This document shows positions 30,634-40,820 of a DNA stretch of 64,000 bases, piece by piece; the first letter of the stretch is position 1; the number at the start of each line of letters is the position of its first letter. The position numbers were made by a program, and so were the translations under genes. A model generated the notes under the pieces. It worked only from the letters and a program-made list of their open reading frames with translations. It was not told where the DNA came from and did not search any database. Source of the DNA: Promethearchaeota archaeon. Its GTDB lineage: Archaea > Asgardarchaeota > Lokiarchaeia > Sigyniarchaeales > SOKP01. The DNA lies in NCBI GenBank assembly GCA_048938855.1, contig JBHLLT010000006.1, forward strand, positions 41,986 to 105,985, read 5' to 3'.

Positions 30634-31602
30634 TTGAAATGTCCCGCCTGTGACATTGAAATGGAACCTTTGGTCGTTGGGATATTTCAATGTCCAAAAT
30701 GTAAGAAAATTGTTAAAGAAAAAGATTTAGATTTAAAAACAGAAGAAAGAAAGGAAACTCAATTTGGAGATTTTCAAGAAGGTGATTACTTTCATAAAAA
30801 TGCAAGTCTAAATAAGAATTATGAGATCTGCGAAAAGGGCATTACAATAAACAAAACAGAAAATCGATTATTTGCAGCTTTGATTTGTCATAGTGCATAT
30901 TTGAAAGATGAAAAATATGTGAGATTATCATGGTGGAAGAATTTTCAGCATGCTGGTATGTTTAAAGTTTATGATAAATATGTTTTAAATAATCTTATCA
31001 TTGCGTTGGGGAAGATTGATGATTCTTTTGATGATATCTGGAACTGGAGTGGAAAGTTTGGGAAACAAAAAAGCAAAACAGAAGAAGAGTTGGAAAAAGA
31101 AAAACAATTAGAGATAATAAAATATAGAATTCTTGAAAATAAAACATGTCCAAAATGCCAGAATAAGATGGATAAAATGAAATCCCATTATGAGTGTCAA
31201 CATTGTGGAGAAATTGTTATATTAGAAGGGTATAATCAACCAATCTTTAATATACTTCCAGAAAATATTGATCTGAGATTTCATGCTAATTTTCCAATAA
31301 ATTTTTACTTACCTGTGAGTGGTATAACTCTTAAATGGTTGATGGGGGAATGGAAAGCACTAGCAGTTATATATTCTAAGGATAATCCAAATAAAAAGTG
31401 GTTGAGATTTTATTGGTGGGTTCGCGATTTGAGTAACATTTTAAAGTACGGCCAAAGAGAGATGGGAAATGGTACTCAAATGGGTTGGAAAGCCCAGAAA
31501 GGGATGGCATCTCCAAATCTATATGATAAAAAGCTTGTAAAACCATTAATTAACGCGCTAAAAAATATCGCAAATGAATTAAATTGGACTATAAGTAATT
31601 AA
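30634..31602 (+). CDS. Tandem [Zn-ribbon + PC4/YdbC-like] repeat protein
   Basis: CPAC..CPKC followed by EKYVRLSWW; CPKC..CQHC followed by KKWLRFYWW...WKAQKG; internal duplication. Confidence 0.6.
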   Translation: MKCPACDIEMEPLVVGIFQCPKCKKIVKEKDLDLKTEERKETQFGDFQEGDYFHKNASLNKNYEICEKGITINKTENRLFAALICHSAYLKDEKYVRLSWWKNFQHAGMFKVYDKYVLNNLIIALGKIDDSFDDIWNWSGKFGKQKSKTEEELEKEKQLEIIKYRILENKTCPKCQNKMDKMKSHYECQHCGEIVILEGYNQPIFNILPENIDLRFHANFPINFYLPVSGITLKWLMGEWKALAVIYSKDNPNKKWLRFYWWVRDLSNILKYGQREMGNGTQMGWKAQKGMASPNLYDKKLVKPLINALKNIANELNWTISN

Positions 31603-31621
31603 AAGGATTAAAATTCAAAAA

Positions 31622-32761
31622 ATGACAGAAATCGAAGATTCAAGCTGGAACGGCCTTTTAAATAACTTTCAAGTGAATCTTGAAAAGGCAATAGAAGAAT
31701 TACAAAAACGAGATGTAGAAAATATTCCCGGTGCAAAAGAAGCTTTAGTCCAAAGATTAAACAATATGAAGCTTCATTTTCCTAAAAACAATGGCGATAT
31801 ATTGATAAAATCAATCAATGATAAGATACAAAATGCCTTTTTCCCTAATACAAAAAGTTTCTCTGTAGCCTTAAAAAAAATTTTAAAATCTAGAACCCAC
31901 GAGCAAGATTTTATTATCAATGAATTGTTAAATGGTTTCGTAACCTCTAAAGCAAATGCTATAGCAACTGGAACTCAAGGGCCGATAATAGATCGAATAG
32001 TTGAAGCATTCTCTAAAAGAAATGATTTTCATATCATTGATCACCAGTTTTATGCAATGTTTGGAGACCCTAATAAACCTCGTCATTATGTTAAAAAACA
32101 GCTTGAAGAGCTTTCAAATATGTTTGGATTGGTATCTAAAGAGCTTGTAGTTGAGAAGGATGTAAGAAGAAGCGAAGAAAAAGTATATGTTTTTTACACA
32201 TTTCCAGATGAAATCATAACTATTCTTGAAGAAAAATATTTAACTATTGATGAAGAATTGGGATATGCTTATGTTTCAGAAGAGTTTGATAGGAATGTTT
32301 TTATAAGTATGTTCTTGGCAAATTTAGCAATAAATCGGGATGATATTGATAAAATTGGTGGGGCATATACAATTAATGGGATTTCCGCAATATTTGCATT
32401 AATTTTACTTCTGAGTTTCATGCCAAAACTAAGTCTAGATGAGACTAATCCTATATTGAACGACCCTAATTTTAATGAGAAAAATATGAGTGTTATTCCA
32501 AAATCTTGGATGATGAAACAAGTATTAGAGCCATTATTTGAACCATTGATCAAAATTGTGGCTTATAGAATAGGAGGAGGATTATGGTTATCTAAAATAA
32601 TTGATTCAGAAATTAATAAAAAAATTCACAATCAAATAAGATTTCTCCTCAAGGATGTTAATAAATGGATATTAGGTAATCTTTGCAGAGTTGAAATACC
32701 AATTTTCATTGAAATCTCTAATATTTTTACTGAAATTTTAGTGGGGTATGATGAAAAATAA
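31622..32761 (+). CDS. Uncharacterised protein (operon gene 3)
   Basis: 379-aa ORF. Confidence 0.75.
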   Translation: MTEIEDSSWNGLLNNFQVNLEKAIEELQKRDVENIPGAKEALVQRLNNMKLHFPKNNGDILIKSINDKIQNAFFPNTKSFSVALKKILKSRTHEQDFIINELLNGFVTSKANAIATGTQGPIIDRIVEAFSKRNDFHIIDHQFYAMFGDPNKPRHYVKKQLEELSNMFGLVSKELVVEKDVRRSEEKVYVFYTFPDEIITILEEKYLTIDEELGYAYVSEEFDRNVFISMFLANLAINRDDIDKIGGAYTINGISAIFALILLLSFMPKLSLDETNPILNDPNFNEKNMSVIPKSWMMKQVLEPLFEPLIKIVAYRIGGGLWLSKIIDSEINKKIHNQIRFLLKDVNKWILGNLCRVEIPIFIEISNIFTEILVGYDEK

Positions 32762-32785
32762 AATTTTTTAAATTAGAGTGAAAAA

Positions 32786-34084
32786 ATGAGTTATAAAAAA
32801 AAAGCTACCAGAACAGTAAAACCGGGAAGGAAGAGAGAGAAATGGACTGACATTCTTCCCAGATACTTAACATTTTTAAGTCACATGCGTCCAATCCTAA
32901 GAGAAACAAGAAGAATAATTCTCGATTTAGATGCTGATTTATTACTTGATACAGAAATTTTAGATAAGATTCGTCAAGAAGAAGAAAAAAGGAATGTCCG
33001 AAAAGTAAGAGCACTTTCAGAATTTTCTGCTATGTATAGATCCAATATTTACGAGATTATTAAGGATTTTATAGTTAAATATCGTGAAAAGATCCCTACA
33101 ATAGATATAAAAGACTATATAGTAGAATTTCTTCATGAATCTATCGACGCTTTGAATGTTTTGCGTCATATAACTAATCCTGATGAGCTTAATTTAGAAA
33201 AAACTTACTTATATCAATTAGTTAAATTTATTGAAAATAAGCTATTTCCAAGAGGCGCAAACTTAAAAATAATATACAATAATTTATTACAGAATTCTTC
33301 TGAATTTTATGAATGCCAGCGCCATCTTTTACAACCTCACACATATTATCGAGAGAATTTAGAAAGTCCTGATTATTTTGAAATTCCTGGAATATCACCC
33401 AAAATATATCAAATCATCAATAATATCACATCCCTCTTTAACTTAGATCCCAATTTTGGAGAATTTCCAGAAAAAAAAAATCATGAGATTCCAATGATTT
33501 TAAAAAATGAAGTATTTTTACCATATATTGATTCAATTGCTAATGCTGAAGAAGATGCTTTAGAAAAAATTTCTGAACGAATTGGGTTACGGCTATTAGA
33601 TGAAATATTTATAGCACCACAAGAGGACTTTGCAGAAATGCTATTAGAAAATAACTTTTTACGTGAAAATAAACAATCAGATGGAACAATAAGACTATAT
33701 CCACAATTTAGTAACGAAACCTTAGTGCTATATTATCTAGCTTTTGCTTCTCAAAGAAGAGGTTTCTTGTCAAAGGAATTAGTTAATTGGATTTCAATGA
33801 ATTGTGCCTTCTTGATATATATGGGTATTTTAAAATGGAAATTATCGGATGAAAATATTTTTTACACTATCTTTAAAGATCTTCAAACTAATGAAAAAGT
33901 ACTTCCATATTTAATGAAGTTAATATGTTTTCCAAATTATTTAGGATTAGATAAAATGAAAATTAGAGATTCAATTCAATATCGAAAAGAAATTTTTAAT
34001 TTTATCGGATCCCAAATAGATAATCTTAAAATATTAATAAATGAAATTGCACTCTTTTGCGAAAGTTTTGAAAATAAACAATAA
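32786..34084 (+). CDS. Uncharacterised protein (operon gene 4)
   Basis: 432-aa ORF with a basic N-terminus. Confidence 0.75.
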   Translation: MSYKKKATRTVKPGRKREKWTDILPRYLTFLSHMRPILRETRRIILDLDADLLLDTEILDKIRQEEEKRNVRKVRALSEFSAMYRSNIYEIIKDFIVKYREKIPTIDIKDYIVEFLHESIDALNVLRHITNPDELNLEKTYLYQLVKFIENKLFPRGANLKIIYNNLLQNSSEFYECQRHLLQPHTYYRENLESPDYFEIPGISPKIYQIINNITSLFNLDPNFGEFPEKKNHEIPMILKNEVFLPYIDSIANAEEDALEKISERIGLRLLDEIFIAPQEDFAEMLLENNFLRENKQSDGTIRLYPQFSNETLVLYYLAFASQRRGFLSKELVNWISMNCAFLIYMGILKWKLSDENIFYTIFKDLQTNEKVLPYLMKLICFPNYLGLDKMKIRDSIQYRKEIFNFIGSQIDNLKILINEIALFCESFENKQ

Positions 34085-34109
34085 AAAAAAAATTATGAGT
34101 TGAAAAATT

Positions 34110-35219
34110 TTGCCAAAATCTATTAATGAAAAAGAAGATATGCTAGTATTCTCTGATGATGTTATTAAAGAACGACTTGGAAAGTATGGGGCAGTTTATT
34201 TTCCTTCAGATATAAAAGAAACAGTAGATGATATAATAGGAAATGAAAATATAAAAGAAATATTAAATGATTTTTTTAAAGCTCTAAAAAAATATAATGA
34301 ATTTATTGAAAATTTAAAGAATACAAAATTAGCTCCCAATCTTACTGTTCTTCTTTATGGGCCTCCTGGTACAGGAAAAACTTCATTAACAAGAGGATTT
34401 GCGAAGAAATTTGATATTCCAATTTGCGTTGTAGAGTCTGATAGGCTTGTTTCACCTTTGTTAGGAGATACTATTAAAAATATTCGCGGAGTCGTAGAAT
34501 TAGCAGCCGAAATTTCTAAGGAACGAAAGGCTTTTATATTATTTTTTGATGAGATTGATGCAATCGGTTCTGAAAGATCAAATATTCATGAGGTAGGAGA
34601 AATTAAACGAGCTGTAATCTCATTCCTCCAAGTTATTGATAGAACCAATTATGAAGGAGTACCTCTTGCTATTTTTGGAGCCACAAATCATCAGCATCAA
34701 CTAGACTCAGCGATTTGGCGTCGTTTTACTTTCCATTTTAAATTTGATTTTCCTGATTTTCATTTACGCAAAAAAATTATAGAATCCTTTATAAATAAAA
34801 TAAAAAATGCGAAAATCGGAGTTGACGATTTAATTTTTTCGAATTTAGATAGTGAGTATAAAAATATTCAATTAGTTTCAAAAGAATTAGAAACTAAATT
34901 AGGTAGGGTCATTTCTGAATTTGAAAATGGGCTTCTTTGGGAAGAATTTAACAAAAAAAGTAAATCAGTTGGTCTCCTAGAACTATCATTTGGGTATTCT
35001 GGGTCAGATATTGAAAGAGGGACAAGAGTCGCCTTATTAAAATCAATTAATACGGGAATATTAAATTATGATGATTTTTATAACTCTCTAAAGTTGGTTG
35101 GTGGTACTGCCATTCATGTTGAAAGACAGGATGTTTTAAGTGATGCAAAAAAACCTAGACTCTATACAAATTCATATAGCAATAGAAGAAATAAAACTCT
35201 TGGGCCTCCTGAAATATAG
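34110..35219 (+). CDS. Classic-clade AAA+ ATPase (single AAA domain)
   Basis: Walker A GPPGTGKT, Walker B ILFFDEID, second region of homology GATNHQHQLDSAIWRRF, GYSGSDIE. Confidence 0.93.
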   Translation: MPKSINEKEDMLVFSDDVIKERLGKYGAVYFPSDIKETVDDIIGNENIKEILNDFFKALKKYNEFIENLKNTKLAPNLTVLLYGPPGTGKTSLTRGFAKKFDIPICVVESDRLVSPLLGDTIKNIRGVVELAAEISKERKAFILFFDEIDAIGSERSNIHEVGEIKRAVISFLQVIDRTNYEGVPLAIFGATNHQHQLDSAIWRRFTFHFKFDFPDFHLRKKIIESFINKIKNAKIGVDDLIFSNLDSEYKNIQLVSKELETKLGRVISEFENGLLWEEFNKKSKSVGLLELSFGYSGSDIERGTRVALLKSINTGILNYDDFYNSLKLVGGTAIHVERQDVLSDAKKPRLYTNSYSNRRNKTLGPPEI

Positions 35220-35239
35220 AAATAATAAATCACATTGTA

Positions 35240-36289
35240 TTGAAGCTTATGAGTAATAACCAAATATTTAATCTTGAAAAAATAAAGGAACTGACAAGCC
35301 CAATTGAAGATCTACAGACAGAATTAAATAAAATAAATGATGTATCATCTAAGATAACAAAAAATATGGAACTCATTGAACATGAACCTTATGTTAAAGA
35401 ATTTTCAACCCAAATAATAATTATACAAGAGCTCCTACAAAATATAAAAATTAAAATTGAAGAAATTTCCAATACTAATCTCAATAGATTTTTAGATTTT
35501 CAAAATATCTTAATTATAAAATATAAAGAGCTTTTTAAGGATAGATTAAAAAGCCTGAGCTTAAATAGAGAATTAACAAAATTTATTGGATTAAATTTAG
35601 TTCAAAACAAACAAATCAGTAAAATCATCGAATATGTTTCATTTATTCCCTCAATTGAAATTTCGAATTGGCTAGAAATTATAGATTCATTAAAATATAA
35701 CACGATTTTCTTAAAATCTATCAAAAAGGCTAAGAATTATTATAGCACATTAATTCAATTAAAGCTTAAGGAAGAATTAAGTAGAATTCCAGAAGAAGTT
35801 CCTCCAGAATTAATAGTTGATTATGAGAATTTTTTCATAGAGAATCCTACTATAACATTTAATGAATTTTTTCAAACTATTGAAAAACAATTAACCAAAC
35901 AGGAATTAAAAGAAAAAAGAGCAATTATTGAAGAAGCTAAAGAGAAAGAAAAACTAGAGAAACTAAAAAAAAGGCAAGAAGAACAAAAAACAGCATATGA
36001 AAATTATTTAAAGCTTTCTGATAGTGAATTTAAAAGGCTTACAAGGAAAAAAAGTAGAGAAAAATTAAGCAATATTTCCAAAAAAACTAATGAGAATAGT
36101 TCCATTGAAATTAGTGAAGAAATTTCTGAAAAAATTAAGAAATTTAAGTCGCAATTTGAAAAAAGCTTTAATGAAAAGTATATGATACAAAAAGATGAAG
36201 ATAAAGATCCAATTGATTTAATTCGAGAAAGAAAGAAAAAAAAAGAGAAGGAATATAAACAATTTGAAGATCATTTTGAAAACAAATAA
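35240..36289 (+). CDS. Coiled-coil/helical uncharacterised protein
   Basis: 349-aa ORF with K/E-rich heptads. Confidence 0.75.
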   Translation: MKLMSNNQIFNLEKIKELTSPIEDLQTELNKINDVSSKITKNMELIEHEPYVKEFSTQIIIIQELLQNIKIKIEEISNTNLNRFLDFQNILIIKYKELFKDRLKSLSLNRELTKFIGLNLVQNKQISKIIEYVSFIPSIEISNWLEIIDSLKYNTIFLKSIKKAKNYYSTLIQLKLKEELSRIPEEVPPELIVDYENFFIENPTITFNEFFQTIEKQLTKQELKEKRAIIEEAKEKEKLEKLKKRQEEQKTAYENYLKLSDSEFKRLTRKKSREKLSNISKKTNENSSIEISEEISEKIKKFKSQFEKSFNEKYMIQKDEDKDPIDLIRERKKKKEKEYKQFEDHFENK

Positions 36290-36310
36290 TTAAAACAAAA
36301 GGTAGGTAAT

Positions 36311-37924
36311 ATTTCTAATAGTAACTTTAAGATTTCTATTGGTTCAAAAGAAATTTTAATTAAGGATAGATTTACATTAATTAACGGAAAAATTAAAAAA
36401 AACTTACTTAGCGAATATAAAGATGATATCTTTCTTGAGATATCTCAAGACTTAAACAATATTCCTCTCTTAAAATTTATAGAATTCCTACAGGAAGAAA
36501 CTCAAGAATTTCAATTTCTGTCAAAAGCTAATGATCTCTTATATTTTTTAAAAGAATATATTAACACCATACAAAACAATATAGCTATTTCATCTCAATA
36601 TAGAGATATTATTCATAACTTATTGCTCATAATTCAACACATTGAATTCTTAAAAAAGGAAGAATCTTTGTCAAAAGAGTTAGAATTATCAACTCAATAT
36701 AAAAAATCAAGCGATATTGTAGCTATTAAGGATTTAATGAATAAATTAAATGAATCTTTAATCATAAACACGAAAAAATTAAATCTTTTTGAAGAAGACT
36801 TTTTTCAACGTAAAAACAAAATTAATAAAATCAAAAACACAATTAAAGAGTACAATTTAAGAATAGAACAATTAAATAACCAAAAGAAGCAATGCTTTAG
36901 CCAAATTAACCGTATTACTAGAGAAATGGCAGGTGATAAACCTGCATCTAAAGATGATATTAAAGTTGATTTAATAGAATTTGAGGGAAATTTAACAAAT
37001 GCAGAAAAAATACGAGCGTTTCAAAAGAAAGCAAAAGAAATTCAATCCGAAATTAAAGATCTAGAATCAAAAAGAAACCAAACTCAATTAAAACTAGAAG
37101 ATCTTCTCCCTCTTTTTGAAATATTTGAAAAAGATCATCAATCATTATTAAATATAATCAGTTCTGATAAAAAGAGGATTGATGAGTTAGAAGTAGAACT
37201 CAGAAATAAATTAAAAGAAGATATAAATACAGAAATAGAAAATATTGATCAAATAATTTTAAATTCTCTAAGGTCCTCAAAAGAGATTAAAAGTGATCTT
37301 GAAAAAATAGAGAATGAATTAAATAAGCAAACCCTTTCTGATAATTATTTCAACCCGCAAAATCCGTATGATCTATCTACTGTTATTAATAATCTTACTA
37401 AACTCTATGAATACATAACCAAAAATGAATCAAAGATCATTATTTCTAACAGTGAAAAAGGAGTTACCGATTGTCTCAAACAATTTAAGGAATTAGAAAC
37501 TTCTCTTTCAAATATAGAATCTATAATAAATAACTTTTTAAAAGAGATTAATGTAGATTCCCAATTTAGAATAGTATTAAGTGAAGATCAAAGGAATCTT
37601 TTCATAAATATATTATTTAATAGAAGAGAAAAACCAAAGGCCAGATTTGAGGAATTAACTACTCCAGAAAAAATTTTTTTCATTATAGTTTTCTATCTCT
37701 CAATGAAACTCCATACTAATAAAACTAATATAATTTTTTCAAATATGTCACTCTTAAATCAATATAATAAAGCAGGTTCTATTTTTCGAACTATCAAAAA
37801 AATATTACCTCTTTTTGAAGGGAATAATAATCTTTTCAGATTTAAATTAATATTTATTTTACCTAACTTAGAATTGAAAAAAACTATTAAAAATTTAAAA
37901 ATTATAACAATGCAAGAGAGTTGA
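36311..37924 (+). CDS. SMC/Rad50-like coiled-coil protein with degenerate ATPase head (probable ATT start upstream of the track's 36623)
   Basis: The frame is open from 36290 with no ATG/GTG/TTG until 36623; AGGTAGGT precedes ATT at 36311. N-terminal RFTLING, long coiled coil, C-terminal FEELTTPEK.FFII.F.LS resembling the LSGGEK signature helix. Confidence 0.6.
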   Translation: MSNSNFKISIGSKEILIKDRFTLINGKIKKNLLSEYKDDIFLEISQDLNNIPLLKFIEFLQEETQEFQFLSKANDLLYFLKEYINTIQNNIAISSQYRDIIHNLLLIIQHIEFLKKEESLSKELELSTQYKKSSDIVAIKDLMNKLNESLIINTKKLNLFEEDFFQRKNKINKIKNTIKEYNLRIEQLNNQKKQCFSQINRITREMAGDKPASKDDIKVDLIEFEGNLTNAEKIRAFQKKAKEIQSEIKDLESKRNQTQLKLEDLLPLFEIFEKDHQSLLNIISSDKKRIDELEVELRNKLKEDINTEIENIDQIILNSLRSSKEIKSDLEKIENELNKQTLSDNYFNPQNPYDLSTVINNLTKLYEYITKNESKIIISNSEKGVTDCLKQFKELETSLSNIESIINNFLKEINVDSQFRIVLSEDQRNLFINILFNRREKPKARFEELTTPEKIFFIIVFYLSMKLHTNKTNIIFSNMSLLNQYNKAGSIFRTIKKILPLFEGNNNLFRFKLIFILPNLELKKTIKNLKIITMQES

Positions 37925-38430
37925 AGCAATTGACAATTAATAGTAATGAAATTAGTGAAACGATAAGAAACATCACAAAATTAATTTTAACAAATCCTCA
38001 AAAAATTATTCGAGAAGAAGATCTTAAAAATTTAAGTAAAGATTTCAATTTTGAAGAAATTATGAGTGATGTTTACTTAAATTTAAGAAATGTGGGTTTG
38101 GATCTTATTAAAACTACATTTTTAGAACAAAAATATTATATCCTTACATCTGAGGGAAAAGATGATAATATTACACCATCTCAGTATGGTACGTTAGCTT
38201 TAATAATCGCATTAAGTAAAGAAGTCGATGAGAACATTAAAATTGAGGATTTAAAAGAAATTTTTGAGGAAGCATGGGACACAGATGTTCAATTTTTAAT
38301 TGATAATGACTATATAAGAAAGTTTGATGAATTAGGAATAATCAAAATATCTCCATTAGGAAAGGCAATTATGAAGAACATTATTATGGATATTGATTTA
38401 AAAAATTTATTAAATTTCTTTTTAGAATAA
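37921..38430 (+). CDS. Tandem winged-helix KITE-like protein (MAGE/Nse3/ScpB-like)
   Basis: IIREEDL..., FEEIMSDVYLNLRNVGLDLIK...YYILTS, YGTLALIIAL, FLIDNDYI..ISPLGK; overlaps the stop codon of the SMC-like gene. Confidence 0.6.
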   Translation: MKQLTINSNEISETIRNITKLILTNPQKIIREEDLKNLSKDFNFEEIMSDVYLNLRNVGLDLIKTTFLEQKYYILTSEGKDDNITPSQYGTLALIIALSKEVDENIKIEDLKEIFEEAWDTDVQFLIDNDYIRKFDELGIIKISPLGKAIMKNIIMDIDLKNLLNFFLE

Positions 38431-38458
38431 AAGGAATAAAAAAATTTAATTTATGTAA

Positions 38459-38878
38459 TTAATCTGCTTCCAAATCCATTTTAAACTGATCATATATTTT
38501 TCTAACTCTGTCAGCTGAAGGTCCCTCCCCTCGTACTCCGTTTTCATCAACAATGATTTTTCCGCTTAAGATTGAAATTATATTCTGATCTTCTATATAA
38601 TCTACATGCCCTTTTGTAAAAATAGTAGCAATTCTATCAGCTAAAGCCTGCATAGGAAATGGTTCTTCTTCAAGACTTACAAAATCATAAAAAGTATTTC
38701 TTATAAACAATTTGGGAAAGGATTTGTTTTTTTCATTTTTAGCATTTATAAGAATTAAATTGGAGTCTTCTGAAATTCCCTTTAATTGTCCTACAAAAAA
38801 TTTATCCTTTTCAATGTATACCTTAACAATTTTATCAATTAAAGTTCCTAACTCAGTATTATATTGCCTAATCGACAT
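38459..38878 (-). CDS. Sm-like (Lsm) protein with C-terminal extension, SmAP3-type
   Basis: Sm1 motif V.V......F.GQLKG....NLIL.NA, Sm2 LFIR, extra C-terminal domain. Confidence 0.8.
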   Translation of the reverse strand: MSIRQYNTELGTLIDKIVKVYIEKDKFFVGQLKGISEDSNLILINAKNEKNKSFPKLFIRNTFYDFVSLEEEPFPMQALADRIATIFTKGHVDYIEDQNIISILSGKIIVDENGVRGEGPSADRVRKIYDQFKMDLEAD

Positions 38879-38941
38879 GATTCTTCAGAACTTTTTTTTT
38901 ATTATTAATATTATGTTCTTTTGTTTTTATTCTTAATTTTA

Positions 38942-39598
38942 CTAATCTAAGATATAATTTATAAGTTTGGAGATATTTTCTCCAGTTGTAGCGCTTGTAG
39001 CAAAAATTTTGAGGTTTGGGTTAATTTCTTTTGCATCATGTATCATATCCTCAACTTTTATATCCATCACATCGTTTAAATCAATCTTATTAATTATAGC
39101 GAGATCAGAAAATTTAAACAACATAGGATGTTTGCGTATTACCCATGGACCTTCTGTTATTGATACAATTACAATACGTTTCTCAACACCTAAAATAAAA
39201 TCAGAAGGACAAATCAAATTCCCAACGTTTTCTATAAAAATTATATTAACATCATTTAGATTATAATTTTTTAAAACTTGGGAGATATGATATGAATTTA
39301 ATGCACACTCACGCCCTGTATTAATCTGAACTGATTTTACACCATGTTTTTCAATTCTATCTGCATCAATTCTTGTAGCCACGTCTCCATTGATTACTAG
39401 AATTCTATAATCTTGTGAGATTTTTTCGACAATCTTTTCAATAATTGCAGTTTTTCCTGCCCCTATTGCTCCAACAAAATCAAACGCCCTTATATGATTG
39501 TCTTTAAATATTTGTTTATTCTCTTCTGCTAATTTATCATTATTCTCAATTAAATCCTCATTCAGTTCTATTATTCTTGATACTTTATTTTCCGGCAT
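38942..39598 (-). CDS. hypB: Hydrogenase nickel-incorporation GTPase HypB
   Basis: GAIGAGKT, QINTGREC, ENVGNLICP, KHP, NKID. Confidence 0.92.
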   Translation of the reverse strand: MPENKVSRIIELNEDLIENNDKLAEENKQIFKDNHIRAFDFVGAIGAGKTAIIEKIVEKISQDYRILVINGDVATRIDADRIEKHGVKSVQINTGRECALNSYHISQVLKNYNLNDVNIIFIENVGNLICPSDFILGVEKRIVIVSITEGPWVIRKHPMLFKFSDLAIINKIDLNDVMDIKVEDMIHDAKEINPNLKIFATSATTGENISKLINYILD

Positions 39599-39699
39599 TA
39601 TAGTTATTATGATAATCTTAAAAATTTAATAGGATATAGAAATAAAGACTTATTCCTTGATAATTTTTATGAATTGAGATTCTAGAAATAAGTTTGATA

Positions 39700-40641
39700 T
39701 TATCTTAAGTTAAACTTATATCTATATATAATATACGCCCCTAAAATACCCCCTAAATCTGGTAAGTAAATTATTACATAAAATGGATAATACCAAACAA
39801 AAAATATTACTGGTAATAATCTAAGAATGACAATAAAGATCAAAAACGATCTTCCACTCATTCTAATCGGAAGAAAATACATAAATGCAGTGATTTTTTG
39901 ATTCATCATTGGGAATAGGGAATATGCTAATAAACCTAATATTCCACCCCATGCTAAACCAATAGGAGGAAGGAGGATATCTATAGGATATATTGAGATA
40001 AGGGAAAATCTTAATAAAAAATAGAAAAGAGCTGTAACAAGGCATGAAATTGTATATAAAATAATTAAAAATTTTGTACCTTCACTCGCTTCAATATTTC
40101 TAACCATGAAATATAAAATCAATAAAATAAACATTAATAAAAGTAGACTTAAAGGATCACCTGTACTAATAAATATACTAGTAATGAAAGTATAGTAGGT
40201 GTACTTATATACTAATCCATTTAAACTTAAAGATAAATATTCAGGGATTCCATAATAACTAAAGAACAACGCTGTTATGGAGAATCCTATGATAACAAAA
40301 AATAGAGTCTTTGTACCTTTGTATTGGGAAGTTCTTTTATAAGGTTTTTGATATAATCTAAATGTTTTTTCATTCTGTTTATCTTGCCTTTTTAAATATC
40401 TTTTGAATGCTTTGGGCTCTTTATCTAAATAAACCTTTGATACAGGGTGTCTTATTGAGGCATCTTGGTATTTCTGTGCAGGTTCTCTTGAAGAAGTAGG
40501 GACAACAGGTACATGTTTTAATTCAAATGTGCATTCATGATTTTCAGGTAATCGATGTTTTTTACAAAATGTACCTCCGCAATACTTGCATGTAAAAGGT
40601 AAGTAAGAAATTTGATCTCCGCAAAATTCACAATAAGTCAG
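39700..40641 (-). CDS. AN1 zinc-finger plus rhomboid-like membrane domain protein (probable CTG start at 40641)
   Basis: The frame is open from CTG at 40641: (M)[36 protein letters not shown], then a 6-TM rhomboid-like fold ([10 protein letters not shown]...[19 protein letters not shown]). Confidence 0.8.
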   Translation of the reverse strand: MTYCEFCGDQISYLPFTCKYCGGTFCKKHRLPENHECTFELKHVPVVPTSSREPAQKYQDASIRHPVSKVYLDKEPKAFKRYLKRQDKQNEKTFRLYQKPYKRTSQYKGTKTLFFVIIGFSITALFFSYYGIPEYLSLSLNGLVYKYTYYTFITSIFISTGDPLSLLLLMFILLILYFMVRNIEASEGTKFLIILYTISCLVTALFYFLLRFSLISIYPIDILLPPIGLAWGGILGLLAYSLFPMMNQKITAFMYFLPIRMSGRSFLIFIVILRLLPVIFFVWYYPFYVIIYLPDLGGILGAYIIYRYKFNLR

Positions 40642-40820
40642 TTATATCACATCAAATTTGATTATTTTGTTTATATCCTTTACAAAGATTAATAATAAAA
40701 CTCAAACTTCAAATAATTTAAAATTATCATCCTTCATAATTTTTACTTTTTTCTCATTATGGTTTTATTCTTAAAGATTTCGATATAAAAAAATTAAAGA
40801 AAAATGTAGATTCCTTAAAA

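Noticed and set aside
35240-37924. A single fused ORF produced by stop-codon readthrough
   Set aside because: The stop is TAA, which is not a Sec or Pyl codon, and an RBS-like motif plus ATT follows, so separate initiation is simpler.
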